Assembly (NCBI RefSeq): GCF_006345805.1
Contig: NC_043009.1
Span: 19,406,001 to 19,470,000, forward strand
Direction of reading: 5' to 3'
Length of the DNA stretch: 64,000 bases
DNA from: Octopus sinensis
Taxonomy: Eukaryota
The first letter of the stretch is position 1. Every line of letters begins with the position of its first letter. This document shows, piece after piece, positions 11,111 to 25,249 of the stretch. Both the position numbers and the translations under genes were made by a program. The notes beneath the pieces are model-generated. The model saw only the letters and a program-made list of their open reading frames with translations, made no database searches and was not told the DNA's origin.

Positions 11111-11489
11111 ATGTATCATAGGTTGAAGACGGGAAGGATGGCTTCCCTTTGCAAATACTGATAGGGCACAGAATGTGTGTCAATAGCCAGCTGGAGGAGG
11201 TGTCCTCCTGGGGCTACAAGCTACAGTAGCATTCACCCTTAGGGGTTAGCCATATTTACATGGCAAGTATACTTCACGATTATTATTATAAAAGAAATCA
11301 TTATTATTGTTCTAAGTTTTTCTCCTTTCAATTTTGTTTCATTTCTTGCCAAGTGTCATCCCAACACCTAGGACCAAAAAAAAATCGCTGTATACATGGG
11401 CCGTGACTGCTGAGGACACGCGTAAGCTTGCAAGGAATGAAACCAGTATGTTCCACTGGATGTGTAATGTCAGTGTGCATTTATCAATA

Positions 11490-11941
11490 TGTCCCCGTGT
11501 CACAGCTTTACGATGTTCATCTACCCTTATTTTGAGGGGGTGGCATGTTTCGTCTTTGTATAACCTACCACAGCCGAATGGGATGGATTACACGCAGTTC
11601 TTGATCATATTCTCTTCTGTTGGTAGTTTTACTCGGAGATATTTGCAAAGTGTTGTATTACTTTCAAATACTGTCCTGATATCATATGGGCCGCATATCT
11701 TTTGCACCTTTTCGGAGAGGCCTTTCACATAGGGTAGACAGACTGTGGACAGTTTATTGGTTTCATCCTCTCTTTTCTTCATAATTGAAGTGGAGAGTAT
11801 GCTTTTGAGGTAGTTGTTGCTTAATAGATTGTTACTGAGCTTGATCATTTCTTCGTTGTGTTAACAACAAACAAGATGAGGACAAATATCTGTCAAATAT
11901 AAATAATGTACATAATTCCTCATCTCTTAAATATAGAACTG
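11490..11941 (-). mobile_element. Penelope/Poseidon-type PLE fragment (RT-EN linker and GIY-YIG start) with inverted 3' tail at 11854-11941
   Basis: Minus strand LPYVKGLSEKVQKICGPYDIRTVF...KNCV*SIPFGCGRLYKDET*HPLKIRVDEHRKAV. The tail matches that of the 9611-10042 element. Confidence 0.85.
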
Positions 11942-12795
11942 CATTCACAAATTGATGTTTGTGATTATGGTAGTTAATGCACCCATGCCAGTGCTGTGTA
12001 AATGCACCTGTGCCAGTGACATGTAAAAGGCACCCAGCACACTCGTTTAAGTGGTTGGCATCAGGAAGGGCATTGAGCCATAGAAACCATGCCGCAACAG
12101 GCAGTTGGAGTCTGGACAGCTCCCGGCTAACCTGCTCCTTGTCAAACTGTCCAACTCATGTCACCATGGAAAGTGGACATTAAACAGTGATGATCATGAT
12201 GGTGAATTGATGATCAAATACTCTCAGTATTAACTTGAAGGTAGCCGAGATATGTAGATTTTGGTAAGATACTTAATCATATCTCTCTCAACTTATACCG
12301 TTCCTGATGCTGATATTAATTTATTTCTAACCTGGATAACTTTCTCACAAATTAGTTTACTGATTTCTATATCAGAACAAATATTTTCAACTTCTCTCAG
12401 CAGGTCCAAGAGTTTTCATCACTGAGGAGACCAAATTAAGTTGAAACCCCATGTTGTTTAGTGATCCATCAACATTCTGAGCAAGCCTTGTTTTATTTTT
12501 TTTCAATCATAAGTCTCTTTCACATTTGTATATTTTAATACATTACAAATTTTATATCTATCAGTATTTGAACTTAATAGTGTTTTAAGTTTGTATATTA
12601 ATTTAAAACTATCTGTAACCTATAGACCCTCAGATCCAATAACGTGACCTTTCCTCTGTAAAGTCACAAAAGAACATTAGAAATCAATAAACCCCAACAT
12701 GAATAATTTGAAAGATTTTACTGAGGAAAACAAACATTTCAAATTTTAAAACTACTGGTTCACAGATATTTTTAGTGCTTATTATTTTTTTCCAG

Positions 12796-12902
12796 ATAAA
12801 TTAGTTTGGTCTCAAATTAAGATAAAAGACTTCTCACCTCCAACTCTTCAACAAGTCGATGAATTCCTGAAAGTTGTTGAAAAAGCTCGTTCTGAAAATT
12901 CG
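12796..12902 (+). CDS. DUSP23: DUSP23-like phosphatase, coding exon 3 (DKLVWSQIKIKDFSPPTLQQVDEFLKVVEKARSENS)
   Basis: Acceptor ttttttttccAG and donor TCG|GTAAGT; 107 nt, phase 1 to 0. Contains the general-acid loop IxDFxPP typical of DUSP23. Confidence 0.95.
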
Positions 12903-13299
12903 GTAAGTAAATCAGTTTTTGTTAAATGTTTTATTTAGAAAACTAACAAGAGACTAATATTTTATAATGGCAAATTAATATTATTTTGGAGATTCTCAGA
13001 TGTAAATCTCATTTCGACTTTTATGCTGATTCATTTATAAACACTTCTCATTATCCCATGAAATACTGACAATATCCATAAATCTAAAGTTGGTAACATA
13101 CAAACGAACACACACACACATTTAATGATATAGTCTGCCAATGATAATACATTGTGATTTGCTGTTTCATATCCCAGGATGTTAGTTAATCATCAGATGG
13201 CAAAAATATCATTGACAAATATCATTTGTTCCACGTAAAGTTTCTGGTATTGCATTATGTGTTATAGCATAAGGAGCATAACTCATTACATTCAGTTGG

Positions 13300-13730
13300 G
13301 TTCATTAGCTGTCAGTATGGGGGCGTTCGATAGTGCAGAGATATGCAATCTTGATCTGTATATCTAAGACAACTTAAAAAAGAAATTCACCGTGGTAGAT
13401 GGCAGTTCATATAGAAATGATGGTTTAGCTATATCCCAGCATGGTGATGGACACACGTTAGATACATTTGCAAAAGACTTCACTAACATTGGCTTAAAAA
13501 TAACTATCATCACTGTCTAAGTATCCGAAATATTTTTAGATGTTACTCTCAACCACAAACAAATACAAACCTAATGAAAAGCTCACATATTAACACCGAA
13601 ACCTGCCAATCATCCATAGTTTTCAAAAATCTGATTAAGAAGAATCTCTCTTTTGTCATTGAATAGAGAAATCATTGACAATGAGATTCCACACTACAAT
13701 AATGTATTACAAAATAGCAGATTGCAGAAT
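13300..13730 (+). mobile_element. Decayed Penelope reverse transcriptase fragment
   Basis: VSMGAFDSAEICNL...YRNDGLAI...GLKITI...FLDVTLN, followed by NHP/RRIS-like motifs, with stops. Confidence 0.7.
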
Positions 13731-16039
13731 ATTATTCTGTATAACCCTCATCCTCCAACAGTAAGAGATGACATAATATTACTTAGTTCTCACTTCTCTC
13801 CTCCTTGAAGATTTAATCTAACATTACTAAAACCTTCCTAGCCTTTAATAGTAAGCGTTTTCCCATTTATCCACAGATGTACAAAACTATTCAATAGAAA
13901 TAACATTAAACTGGGTTACAGCTGTGCCACTATATAAAAAAGTTATTAACAAACTGACTAAATTAATTGAAGCTAATTATCATCACACTTTGCTGCTAAA
14001 TCACTATGTAATAATACACTCATTGATTCTTTCAGGATTCCATCTTATTAACATCTGTTACTCTATAAAGTGTTCATTAAATTTAATCAGTCCAAGGGAA
14101 TTAACTGACTATAATAACGTTATGCTCCTCACCATGTTTTCAGACCCAAAATATGAAACTAGAAAACTTTGCAGGAAAAAGATAACAATTCATGTATGTT
14201 GTTGACATTCACACAAGAGGTTTTATTTCCATTTTCCAAAGATTATGTAGCATGCTGGGATATGAAATTGTAAATCACAATGTATTATCACTAACATGCT
14301 CTATCGTTAAATATATTTCACTCTATTCTATGCATTAAGTTCTCTGATTTTGTTTGTGTAAACTTCTATAATCTATTATATGATTTGGTTTTGATTTTTA
14401 AATGAGGTCTTTGTAGATTTTGCTCACATCCCATTATGTACTTCACTTTCTGTGGACAAACATACATGGCTACATGGTCTCTGGAGAGATCCTAACTAGG
14501 ATTAAAACCAGGTTAAGCCAATCTCCATTTTCTGTCCATTGGTAGATAGAAAAGTGACATTTGTTTATATTTGTCTAAGTGTATTTACTTACACATCACA
14601 ACAATGGAGGAAATTCTTATACTGCTTATGAAGGAATTCCTTGAAACATGTCTCAAAGATATATCTATATCATTGTCACCATTTTATGCCCATTTTCCAT
14701 GCTAACAAGACGAGGACAATTTGACAGGTTTCAACAGGTCAGAGGAACACTTCTTGCTCCAAAATCCTATTTTTGCCATGGTTTCTATGACTGGTTGTCC
14801 TTCTTATCACCAACCACTTTTTAAAGTGGAATTGAGTATGTTTTTTTTAGTGTGGCACCCACACTAGAGAGGTTGCCTTGCCATCAGCAGCACAAAAGAA
14901 ACCTCTGAAACCCTGCTTTGTCCCTGCTTTAATCAATTACCAAACACCTACAGAGTGTATTGAGTGCTTTTTGTGGCACTGACTCTGTTGGGGTTGCATT
15001 GCCGCTTGCAAAGTAAAAGAGATCTGTTCCTCCCTTCCATGATGGAAAGATGAGATTTATTGTGAGAGGATGGTAATGGAGAGAATAACAGAGGGATCGG
15101 AATTGGAGTGGGATTGAAAATGACAGAAGAAGGAAGAAGAGGGAGTAGTGTCAAGAATTTATGTGAAGGGGGGGAAGGAAGGAGAATGTTGGAGTGGGTA
15201 GTGTAGGGGGATCCAGTGATAGGGTGGGTCCATCTACCATGCCAACTTGGGTTGGACAGTTTATTAGGGTCTGAGACAGTTCTTGGAGTTATGCAGCCTT
15301 TTGTTAGGGAAGGGGGGTAACATCATCATCATCATCACAATCATTTAATGTCCATTTTCCATGCTGGGTTGGATGCTTTGAGAGGGTCTGGTGAGCCACA
15401 GGGCCACATCAAGTTCAAAGTGTCAGCTTTGGTATGGTTTCTATGACTGGATGTCATTCCTAACACCAAATATAATGGAAGGGAAAGTGGGGAATAGTGT
15501 CAAGAGGTTAATGAGAGTAAGAGTGGTGGTGAGGAGGATGGAAGAGGTGAGGTGAGGACTAAGGAGATGCAGTTCTGCCCTTTGTTATATAGGGGTGGGT
15601 AGAGTGATGCAGAAGAGAGATAAGATGATGAAGAAGGGCCAGGGTTATATCCTTGAAGCAACATGTCCAAAGGGGCATGGTGACTGGAGAACCAGGAATG
15701 GTGGATAAAGGGTACAGAAGTGCCATCCCTCTCCACTCAAGTATCCTGATTTGGAAGGAAAGAGGAAGGAGTGGGTGGAGGTATAGGGAAGAGAAGAATT
15801 CAAGATGCATGCATTGAGTACTTTCCTCTCAGTTACGGGTGTCATGTATTGGTGAGTAGAGAAGATGAAAAGGGAGATGAAAGGGTACAGAATAGGCACA
15901 GTGGTTAGGAAAATAACTGGTGGGGAGATGTAAGTATATAAAATGGGCAACAGATAAGGGGAATGCATACACAAAACAATAAACAAGAAAGAGGTGTGTG
16001 CACCAAGCTGGAGCAAGAGATCAGGCCTTCAGATCCCTA

Positions 16040-16500
16040 GTTAACATGGTCTTTAGTCATTTCCTTCATCAGATGTAACATCTTCACATCATTTCTCACC
16101 ACATCATCCTCAGTCGCTCCTTTCTACCATTCTCTTTGAGTGCTCAACATTTGTTACACACACATCATCCTCCATCCTCATCACATACCCACACCAGCCC
16201 TCCCTCTCTTACTATATCCAATGTCTCTTTTACCCAATTTGTCTTTCTCTTCATTTATACTTTGTATTTCATTCACACTGACTTGATGTCTTCAGGGAAG
16301 CTCACTCGCCTCATTTCTTTTTAGCCTTTGCATGTCTTTTGCACTCGAGCTGCATGTCTCACTGCATTGCAGCATTACACTTCAAATACAAACATCATAC
16401 AATCTGCCGTTCGTCTTAACAAATAAACATTTCTTTGCCAGCAGAGATAATAGCATCCTAAATTTTTTCCAATGTGTTCCTATTTTTAGTTAGCATAACT
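16040..16500 (-). mobile_element. Decayed RTE-clade LINE 3' ORF fragment
   Basis: Minus strand KFRMLLSLLAKK...GRLYDVC...CSET...DMQRLKRNEAS, homologous to the copies at 25250-25745 and 47625-48640. Confidence 0.6.
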
Positions 16501-16683
16501 TCAGAACAAACCCCACACTGCTAGTTTGGTCACTGAAGTCGTATAAAGTTATCAACTTCATTGAAGCCATCTGGGCATTTGAAAGAATCTATTTCCTAAG
16601 CACTCTTAGGGCTTACTGCCCTGCTGCATCTGCCACACCTTAAATTTACCTCCTTTGTTTGCCTGACTTTGATTGCAGCACAG

Positions 16684-16733
<50 letters not shown>

Positions 16734-16737
16734 GTGT

Positions 16738-16929
16738 CATCATCATCATCGTCTAACGTCCGTTTTCCGTGCTAGCACGGGCTGGACGGTTCGACTGGGG
16801 TCTGAGAAGCCAGGAAGCTGCACCAGGCTCCAATCTAATTTGGCTGTGTTTCTACAGCTGGATGCCCTTCCTAACACCAACCACTCCATGAGTGTAGTGG
16901 GTGCTTTTACGTGCCACCGGCACAGGTGC
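16738..16929 (-). mobile_element. RTE 3'-UTR-derived repeat with (GAT)n tail (representative of many copies, e.g. 11965-12200, 21290-21545, 26380-26570, 38620-38870, 44400-44500, 63890-64000)
   Basis: Shared motif ggcat(c/t)aggaagggcatccagctgtagaaac...cagcatggaaaacggacgttaaatgatgatg. At 47625-48640 this tail is contiguous with an RTE ORF end. Confidence 0.7.
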
Positions 16930-16930
16930 C

Positions 16931-17039
<109 letters not shown>

Positions 17040-18065
17040 ATATGCATGTGTGTGTGTGTCAATATCTATACACCCATACATGTACATAATCACATGTTCA
17101 TGGTAGTCTGATGATGGCTTAGCAACATGTTTAAGAAGCCCCTTGTGTATATGTAGATATCTATGTATGTGTGTCTTTGTGTTTGTCCCCACCAGCGCTT
17201 GACAACTGGCATTGGTTTGTTTACATCCCTGTAACTTGGTGGTTTGGCAAAAGAGACTGTTAGAAAAAGTACCAGGCTTAAGTAAAAGAAATTAGTTCTG
17301 CGATCAACTCGTTTGACTGAAATCCTTCAAGGCATTGCTCTAGCATGGTCACAGTCCAATGACTACTCGAAATGAGGAGTAGATAGACAGCCGACAACTG
17401 ATGAAGGCTCCTTTCTCTCTGTTTACTTGTCCTGTTCTCCATTTGTTTTCTCGTTGTTTATGTATTTAACCTGTTTGTTTACGTATTTCATGTTGTTCGA
17501 ACCGTTGGTGATGTCCTGTACCCATATATATACATACAGCAATCCCTCGCCATATCATGGTTCACTTATTGCAGTTTATTATTTAAGCTTTTATTGATTC
17601 CTCCATGGTGCTGTTTTGCATTTATAATAAAATAAATATATACAAATTATAAAAATAATTTTTTTAAATATACAGTACTGTTTCTACTTGGCAGATTTTC
17701 ACCTATCGCAGGGGGTTTGGAACATAATATCTGCGATAGTTGATGGACTACTGTATATGTATGTATGTGTATATATATATATATAAAGTGCCAGTGTTTA
17801 TCTGTTTGTCTTGAAACAGTGTTGCCATTTCTCATGACATCTTGACCAAATTTGTTGGGAGATCTAGATGGAACCCAGAATGTGTGAATAAAACCATCTG
17901 TGGCCCTAAATTTCCTTGAGGTAAATCAGGGATGAGTCAAGTAAAGAGAGGTAGAGAGATTGAAAGTTGTAATGGGATTAATGGTTGGGTAGGAGTGTTA
18001 GTATTAGTTGTGAGGTATAAAAACATTGTTTGTTTGATCTCTGTTTTTCCTTGCTCACATGCAAA

Positions 18066-18110
<45 letters not shown>

Positions 18111-18193
18111 GTGTGTGAGTGTGTGTGTGTGCAAAAAATAAGAAATGGTTAGCAGCTCCATTGACAAAGATGGAAGTGATCATTATATATATA

Positions 18194-19456
18194 TTGGGTC
18201 AACCCATAAATAATGTAGTTTTTTCAATTGCATGAGCTAAAAGTTGATGGGGGAACAGGATAAACTACCTGCATCAACTTACTATAAAAGCAGGTAGTAA
18301 TTTTACCTTGTTCTTATTCTTAGTGCAAGTTTTGAAGAGTGTAGTTCCATTTTAACAGTTATTTTTTCAAAGCTATAATGGAAGTGACAAAGGAGCATAT
18401 TCAGCATATTTTGCTTTATGAGTTCAATAAAGGCAACAACGGAAAGTGTGGGGAATATTAATGCAGTATATGGGGATCGGACAATAAACATAAGCCAGTG
18501 TCAATGGTGGTTCCAGAAATTGTGAGCTAGGAACTACAGCCTAGAAGACGAGTCACATCCTGGAAGATCTGTAGAACTTGACAAGGACATCCTGCAAACC
18601 CTGGTGGAACAAAATCCCATTGTAACTGTTGGGGAACTAGCAGAGTAGCTTGGATTTGGTCATTCAACCATTCACCAACACCTGCGTGCCATTGGAAAAG
18701 TCAGAAAATTGGGTCAGTGGGTTCCTCGCAAAATTTCCGAGTCTAATCATGTGCAGAGAGTGAACGTGTGCTCTTCCTTGCTGTCACATTTTTGGACTGA
18801 ATAGTGACTGGTGATGAGAAATGGGTTCTCTATAAAAATGTCAGGTGCTGAAGACAGTGGGTAGAGAAAGGAGAAACACTGGCATCTCAGGCTAAAGAAG
18901 GTCTTCACCCATGTAAGGTGTTGTTATCTGTTTGGTGAGATATGAAAGGTTTAGTTCACTTTGAACTTTTAAATCCAAACCAAATTATAACAAAGGGGAT
19001 CTACTGTGAGCAGCTTAAGTCAGTGCTAGAAGGAAAATGACCATCTTTGGTTTCAAGGCGAAAGGTGTTCTTCCATCAGGATAATGCTTGACCACATAGA
19101 GCAAGAATAACATTCCAAAAGCTGGAGCAGTTTTGAATGGGAAACGATGCCCCACCCATCTATTCGCCGGACATTGCCCCATCCAATTACCATTTATTCT
19201 ACAGTCTTCAAAATCATTTGGACGGAAAAAATATGAATTCTGTTGATGAGGTCAGAACTGTACTGGAGGAGTATTTTTTGTCATGGACAAGTGAATTTTG
19301 GAAGAGGAGCCTTGCAAGTCTACCAGACAGATGGAAGGTCATTGTAGGGAATGAAGGAGAGTATATTTTAGACTAAAAAAGAACTTTGGTTATCTTAATT
19401 TTGAAAAAATATGAGAAGTATAAAAAGAAAACACATTTTTTATGGGATAACCCAGT
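18194..19456 (+). mobile_element. Near full-length decayed mariner (DD34D) transposon
   Basis: Degenerate TIRs ttgggtcaacccataaataatg / catttttttatgggataacccag. Transposase remnant 18378-19376 with WVPR, IVTGDEKW, HQDNA and YSPDIAPSNYHLF, broken by stops and frameshifts. Confidence 0.92.
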
Positions 19457-20007
19457 TTGTGTGTGTGTGTGCATGGCTTAGTGATTAGTGTGTGTTCTGC
19501 TCACAATCCTAAGGCCACGATTTCGATTCCTGGCAGTGTGTTGTATCCTTGAACAAGTTACTTTACTTTATGTTGCTCCAGTCCACTCAGCTGGCAAAAA
19601 TGAGTAGTGTCTGTAATTCTAAAGGGTCGGCTTTGTCACATTCTGTGTCATACTGAACCTCCCTGAGAACTACGTTAAGGGTACACATGTCTGTGGAATG
19701 CTCATCCATGTTAATTTCACAAGCAGGCTGTTCCTTAGATTGGATCAACTGGAACCCTCATTGTCATAACCAATGGAATGCCATATAAATATATCTATAC
19801 ATATATATCTTAAGACTTCTCTATAGCTTACAGGGCCATCATCTTCCCTCTGCAAATAATTGGTGTTTTCACTCTCCTCAGCTGGCTGCCTTCATTTGGG
19901 TTTTCACCATCCATGTCACTGTTATGCAAGTAAATTATTTTAGAGTTTCTGTTCCCCTGGATAGGTCACCAGCTACCATTGCAGAGTTCCCTCATCATCA
20001 TCATCAT

Positions 20008-20236
20008 TTAGCCCTTTAGCATTCATATTATTCTGTCAAACATAATGTTTATTTATTCAAATTGGTTTGAATTAATCATGGATTATTTCACTACTTCTAG
20101 ATTTCAGTGATGTAATTGTATATTTTTAGAATGATATTATATAGTAAATATGAGAGGCCAAATTTTGGTCATTTTGAACATAAAGCATGTAGAATATTTG
20201 GGCTTGATATGGCCAGTTTAAATGGTAAGGGGTTAA
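20008..20236. mobile_element. piggyBac-type MITE (second, opposite-orientation copy at 43002-43233)
   Basis: Ends ttag|ccctttagcatt ... aatggtaagggg|ttaa. The 43002 copy starts ttaa|ccctttagcatt and shares internal sequence. Confidence 0.55.
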
Positions 20237-20539
20237 CATCCATCTTCCATTCTGGCATGAGTTGGACAGTTTGACAGGAACTAGCAAGCCAGGGGTGTGC
20301 AGTGTCTGCTTTGGCTGTGCTTGGAATTTCAGTTACTGATCTATGTAAATAAGTATGGTTTTTTAGCTGACTAAAATAAAGCATAATGTTATGTCAGGTA
20401 TTCAATTGAAACCAATAGATAGATATTGTTTCAGAAACTTCTTTAATATTTACTTTTTCAGTATATTCCCTTTTAAAATTATTTGAATTGGTGTTGTCCC
20501 TTTTCATTGGTCCTATCAAAAAAGTCGTCTCTGTGCACG

Positions 20540-20900
20540 CTACATGTCAGTGGAATATCATTGAGACAAATAGAGAAGTTTAAATATTTTGGGGCCGTAT
20601 TCATGAGTGATGCAAAGCAAGAGTTTGGATACAATGTTAGGATTGCAGGTGCTGACCAAGAAATGCACCAATTTCAGCATTTGACCCTCAAAAGAGAAGG
20701 GATTGGTAAAAAATGTGAAAGTTGCTCTCTTTAATTTGGCTTTTATGCCTGTCCTCATCTCTGGTCCTGACTGTTGGGGAATGGCCAAAAGAGTGAAACA
20801 ATACAAATACAGGTAGCTGGAATTGGATCCTCTGAAGAATCTCTGGACTAATGCTACTTGACAGGGTGTATAATTCAGAGATCAGGGTTCCCTCCAGCTC
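20540..20900 (+). mobile_element. Decayed RTE-clade RT/thumb fragment (second RTE family)
   Basis: QIEKFKYFGAVFMSDAKQE...RIAGA...KR...F.PVL..G..CWGM pattern, with frameshifts. Confidence 0.6.
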
Positions 20901-23900
20901 CAGCGCATTGAGAGGTCACAGGGATTAGAGTGTCTCAGCTTGAAGAATCCATCTGAGTCAATTTGCAGGAGACGTTAGAGTAGAGTAAGAATGAGATAAT
21001 TGGATAATATCCAGCAGAAAAAGTATAATGATGGTTGTTTTTGTTAGGATGATTCTACTGAGGAGGTGCTTGAGGGCTCTGCCCCTACGACTCTCCCAGT
21101 AATAATAAGTGGAAAAGATGGATGGGTGTCATCCCACCCAGTCACTCAGATTTGTTGAATCAAGTGTTTCCTTTTTGGTTTTCACCATTATCTTCTTCAC
21201 AGTCGTCATCATCATCATTGAGACAGCTATTAGACTTTTAAATTATTTTTCTCCTTTCTAGAATTTTAAACAATATTGTAGCTGTGGCCAGTGCCCCCTG
21301 ACTGGCTCCTGTGCCAGTGGCACGTAAAAAGCACCATCTGAAAATGGTCGATGCCAGTACCCCTTGACTGGCACATAAAAAGCACCCACTACACTCTCGG
21401 AGTGGTTGGCATTAGGAAGCGCATCCAGCTGTAGAAACATTGCCAGATCAGATTGGAGCCTGGTGCAGCCACTGGCTCTCCACACCTCAGTCAAACCATC
21501 CAACCCATGCCAGCATGGAAAACGGATGTTAAATGATGATGATTGTATTTTCCTTCTATTTTTAAAAAGTTTTGTGCAATATTTTGTTGTTTGTAATTTT
21601 GACTGTATGATGACCATGTCACATATATTTTTTAGTTTTAATGTATGTACAACCATTGATAAGATGTTAAAAGTACATTGAAATGGTCATTTGTGCTGTC
21701 AAACATCTTCTGTATGTGTGTGCGTACACTGGGTGAAGTAAAAGAAAAAAAGACAGATATACAGAATAGGGCCTTAACATAAAAATGAAGTTTTTCTTAA
21801 GGATGTGTTAAGAAACTCTCAAGAGAGCTGAACATCAAAGGGGCTTCAGAGAGGAATCCCCACCCCTCAGGTAAGTGTTTTGGCTCTTCACTCCTTACAC
21901 TCTAAAGGAGCAAGGCTGTATCCAGTCATGTCCCCTGGGTACCTTTCTGCTGACATTTTTTAGCCACTTGGATATCAAAGACTTCTTGTGCATTTAATAT
22001 GCTTGGAGATTTCATCTAGTTGGAACTCCTCTCCATTGACTCAGTTTTCAAATTTCATTTAAAGAACATTGGTTGTCATGGTAGCAACCAACATTATTTC
22101 TTCTTCAAGAAAGAGTTTCTTATCACATCCTTAGAATACATGACTCAAAGAAAGTAAACTTTTTTTATGACCAGAATTTGTATGAAAAGAAGAGAAAGAG
22201 GAAAGAACGAGCATTACAAATAGACATAACCAAACAGGATAGCAAACCTGGTATAACCAAACCCTTAAGGTTTCACATAGCTTCTGAGGTGATCTTAGTG
22301 TTTTTAGCTTTGGTTGGAAGCTACTAAAAATAAATGTTGCAGAACTGGACATTAACAAAAAATTTTAAAAGAATAAAAACTAGGAGGGAACACAATAATG
22401 AGTGAGTAGTGTTTTGACTCTGACAGAATTAAGTAATGAAAATATTCTTGCTAATCAAATGGGAGAAGGGTGTTAACGAGGAAGTTAATTTGAGGAGAGA
22501 AAATAAATATGGAGAAACCTTTCGACCAAGAGAAAAGGATTGAGCAAAGAAGACAAATGATTTGGCTGTGGAAGTTGAAAAGACAGAAAAATGAAGCAAA
22601 GCAGGAAGTGAAGGGAGAAGTGAGCTGCATTCTGGGAAGGGAACTAACAACAGCAGAGAGAATGGAAGAGAAAGATGAAAATGAAGATAGGGAGAGAAAT
22701 AGAAGACGACAGAAAAAAAAAATGGGCTCACTGATAAACTGAACAAATGGAAATTTGAGAGACAAGAAGTAACTGCATACATTAGCAATGCAGGTACAGC
22801 ACCAACTTTCCTGGCGCTCGTCATCCAGAACCATTATTTACAAATAGGAACTTCAGATTCTCGTGGCTGCAAGATTAGTCTACTCTTACCTGGCACAGAC
22901 TAGTTCCTTGCCCAGAACAGTATTGGGATCTGTATTTCATTTCATTTGATATTTGTTTAATTTAGAGTGTGTTGATCCAAGTGACTATCCTTGGTTTGGA
23001 AAAATCAGTAATCTGGAAAGATTTTAGGAAAATTGATGCAAAACTTTGTATGAGTCAAAGTAAATGAAGATGAAGCTAGACATTACATGCATACACTTGC
23101 ATATATATATGCATGTATATGTATATATGTGTGTATGTTATAGTAAAGATTTCCAGTTCTTATCTTTAATGTTGTTCCATGGTAAAGGTTGTTTAAAGCA
23201 GAACATTGGAATATACATCGTGACAAGCAGAGTAGTACCTTGGATGTTAGGCGTTGAGCTAATATTGTCTTTTTCTCCCCACATAAATATTTCTCATTAT
23301 CCTGCACACATAAGTGAAAGCAGGGTATTGTAATCACTCGATAAATATTTAATTACTACTCACAGTGTTAAATACAACAATAACTTTGCTATTGTTATGT
23401 TTCCTGATGGTTTCTGAGTAATTTACTAATAATTTTAATGAAGTGTTTTTGTTTTAGTTAATTATCTTTTTAAAAAATGTGACATAGGTTTTGGGGGGTG
23501 TTTAAAATGTAAAGAATGTGAAAGGAAGAAGTTCACTCATCACTTGGTTTTTAGGCTCAGTACCATTGTGCAGCACCTTGCACAAGTGATTCCAAGATAG
23601 CCTTGGGCCAGCCAAAACCTTGGGAGTAAATTTGACGGATGATAACTGAAAGAAGCCTGTCCTGTATGTCTTTACATTGTGTGCTAATTACAAGGATACT
23701 TAATTGGCCACTGATGTTTACTGTTCTTTAAAGATGGTCTCTGAAGATTTCAGAGACAGATAGTAAATGGTGATGGTGTTGGTGGTGATGATGATGGTGG
23801 TTAGTTACAATCCATGAATAAAATATGACAGAATCTAATCCATTCCTCATCCTTCAATTTCCTCCAAATTTGATTTTCTTCTCTGACAATAAATGTGAAG

Positions 23901-25249
23901 ATTTTACCATTTAATGAAACAGTAAAACAGTTTAGGAATGATTGTATTTCGGTTGAGTCCATAATAAGGACTTTCTCTCTCTCACACTGGTTGTTGTCCA
24001 TTTCTTGTCTTTGGTTCTTTCTCCAGGAATATTTGTCATTCTTTTCCTGTGAAGTGTGTGGTTTAGGAAGTTCATTTTGTAACTATGTGGTTCCTGGTTC
24101 AATCTCACTGCTTGGTATCCAAGACAAATGTCTTGTATAACCCTTGTTGTCCAATATCTTCTGAGTGGAAATTGGTGGAGAGGAAACTGTGCTGAAACCC
24201 AGTGTGTGTGTGTGTCCAATCATGTCTGTCTCTGTGTCATGTCTGTATTTATGTTTATACTGCATAACAAAAAAAGAACTTTGTTTTTTTGTTGTGTTCT
24301 TTTATATTCTCTAACTTAGAGATTTGACAAACAGGACTTGATAAAATAAGCACCAAATTGAAAAGAAATGCTGGTCAGTGTAATTGAGTCAACCCTTGAT
24401 GGCACTGCCCCAACTCGGCCACATTTGAATGACTAAAATCCATGAACGAACCCCCCACACATATACATCCTTTTATGTGTGCTTTTCATGCTGGCATGGG
24501 TTGGCCAGGTCATCACAATCTGAAATAGTCCTTTTTTCAGAGTTAAGTTCCCAGGCTCCTTAAACAAGTCAGCTGACCACATGTCACTCCTATATTTTAT
24601 TATTGGCTTGGTTCCTATGACTGGATGCCTTTCCTGATGTCAACTATTTTAAAGAGTATATTGGGGACGTTTCATGATTGCACCAGCACCAGATAGGTTA
24701 CCATGTCCTCAACAAGACTAAAGGGATCTTCACAACTCTGTGTTGTCTTGGATCATTCACCGACCATTTTGAAATGTTTCCTTATCATGGCACTGGTGTC
24801 AGTGAGGATGCTTTGTTTCCTCTGAGACAAGAGTCAACACTATTTTTCAATGTGTTTATTCACTGAAGCTGACATGTCTGAGCAAGTGAATAGAAGAGAG
24901 AGGGGAGGAGTGTGTTTGTGATGTTGATGATGATGATGATGATGAAAGAAATATAATGGTGATTGAAAGTTGATGGTAGAAAGAACAGGATTAGAGGAGA
25001 ATGAAGGATAGTAATAGCAGTGAATATGGGATGTCAATTGTAAGAGACTCGGGAGAGGAAGTGATGACTGTCAGTACAGAAATGCTGATGGGAGGGTATA
25101 GCAACAGCCCTCCTTAGTTTCTATGGCAGAATAACACAGCAAACAGAAGAGAGAGTCAATGATGGGATGTGGGATTGAGAGGTAGAGTAGTGGGCACACT
25201 CGAAATAGTTTCTTTTAAATGCTTGGATGACTCACTAGAAGAAGCTGGT

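Noticed and set aside
17390-17520. Further CTGATGA cores (17397, ~30100, ~46050, ~54729) as hammerheads
   Set aside because: No properly spaced GAAA plus NUH with supporting stems.
23064-23333. ORF containing FHGKG as a third copy of the catalytic exon
   Set aside because: No Cys-x5-Arg and no RPGS motif; the opposite strand looks like a decayed GIY-YIG relic.
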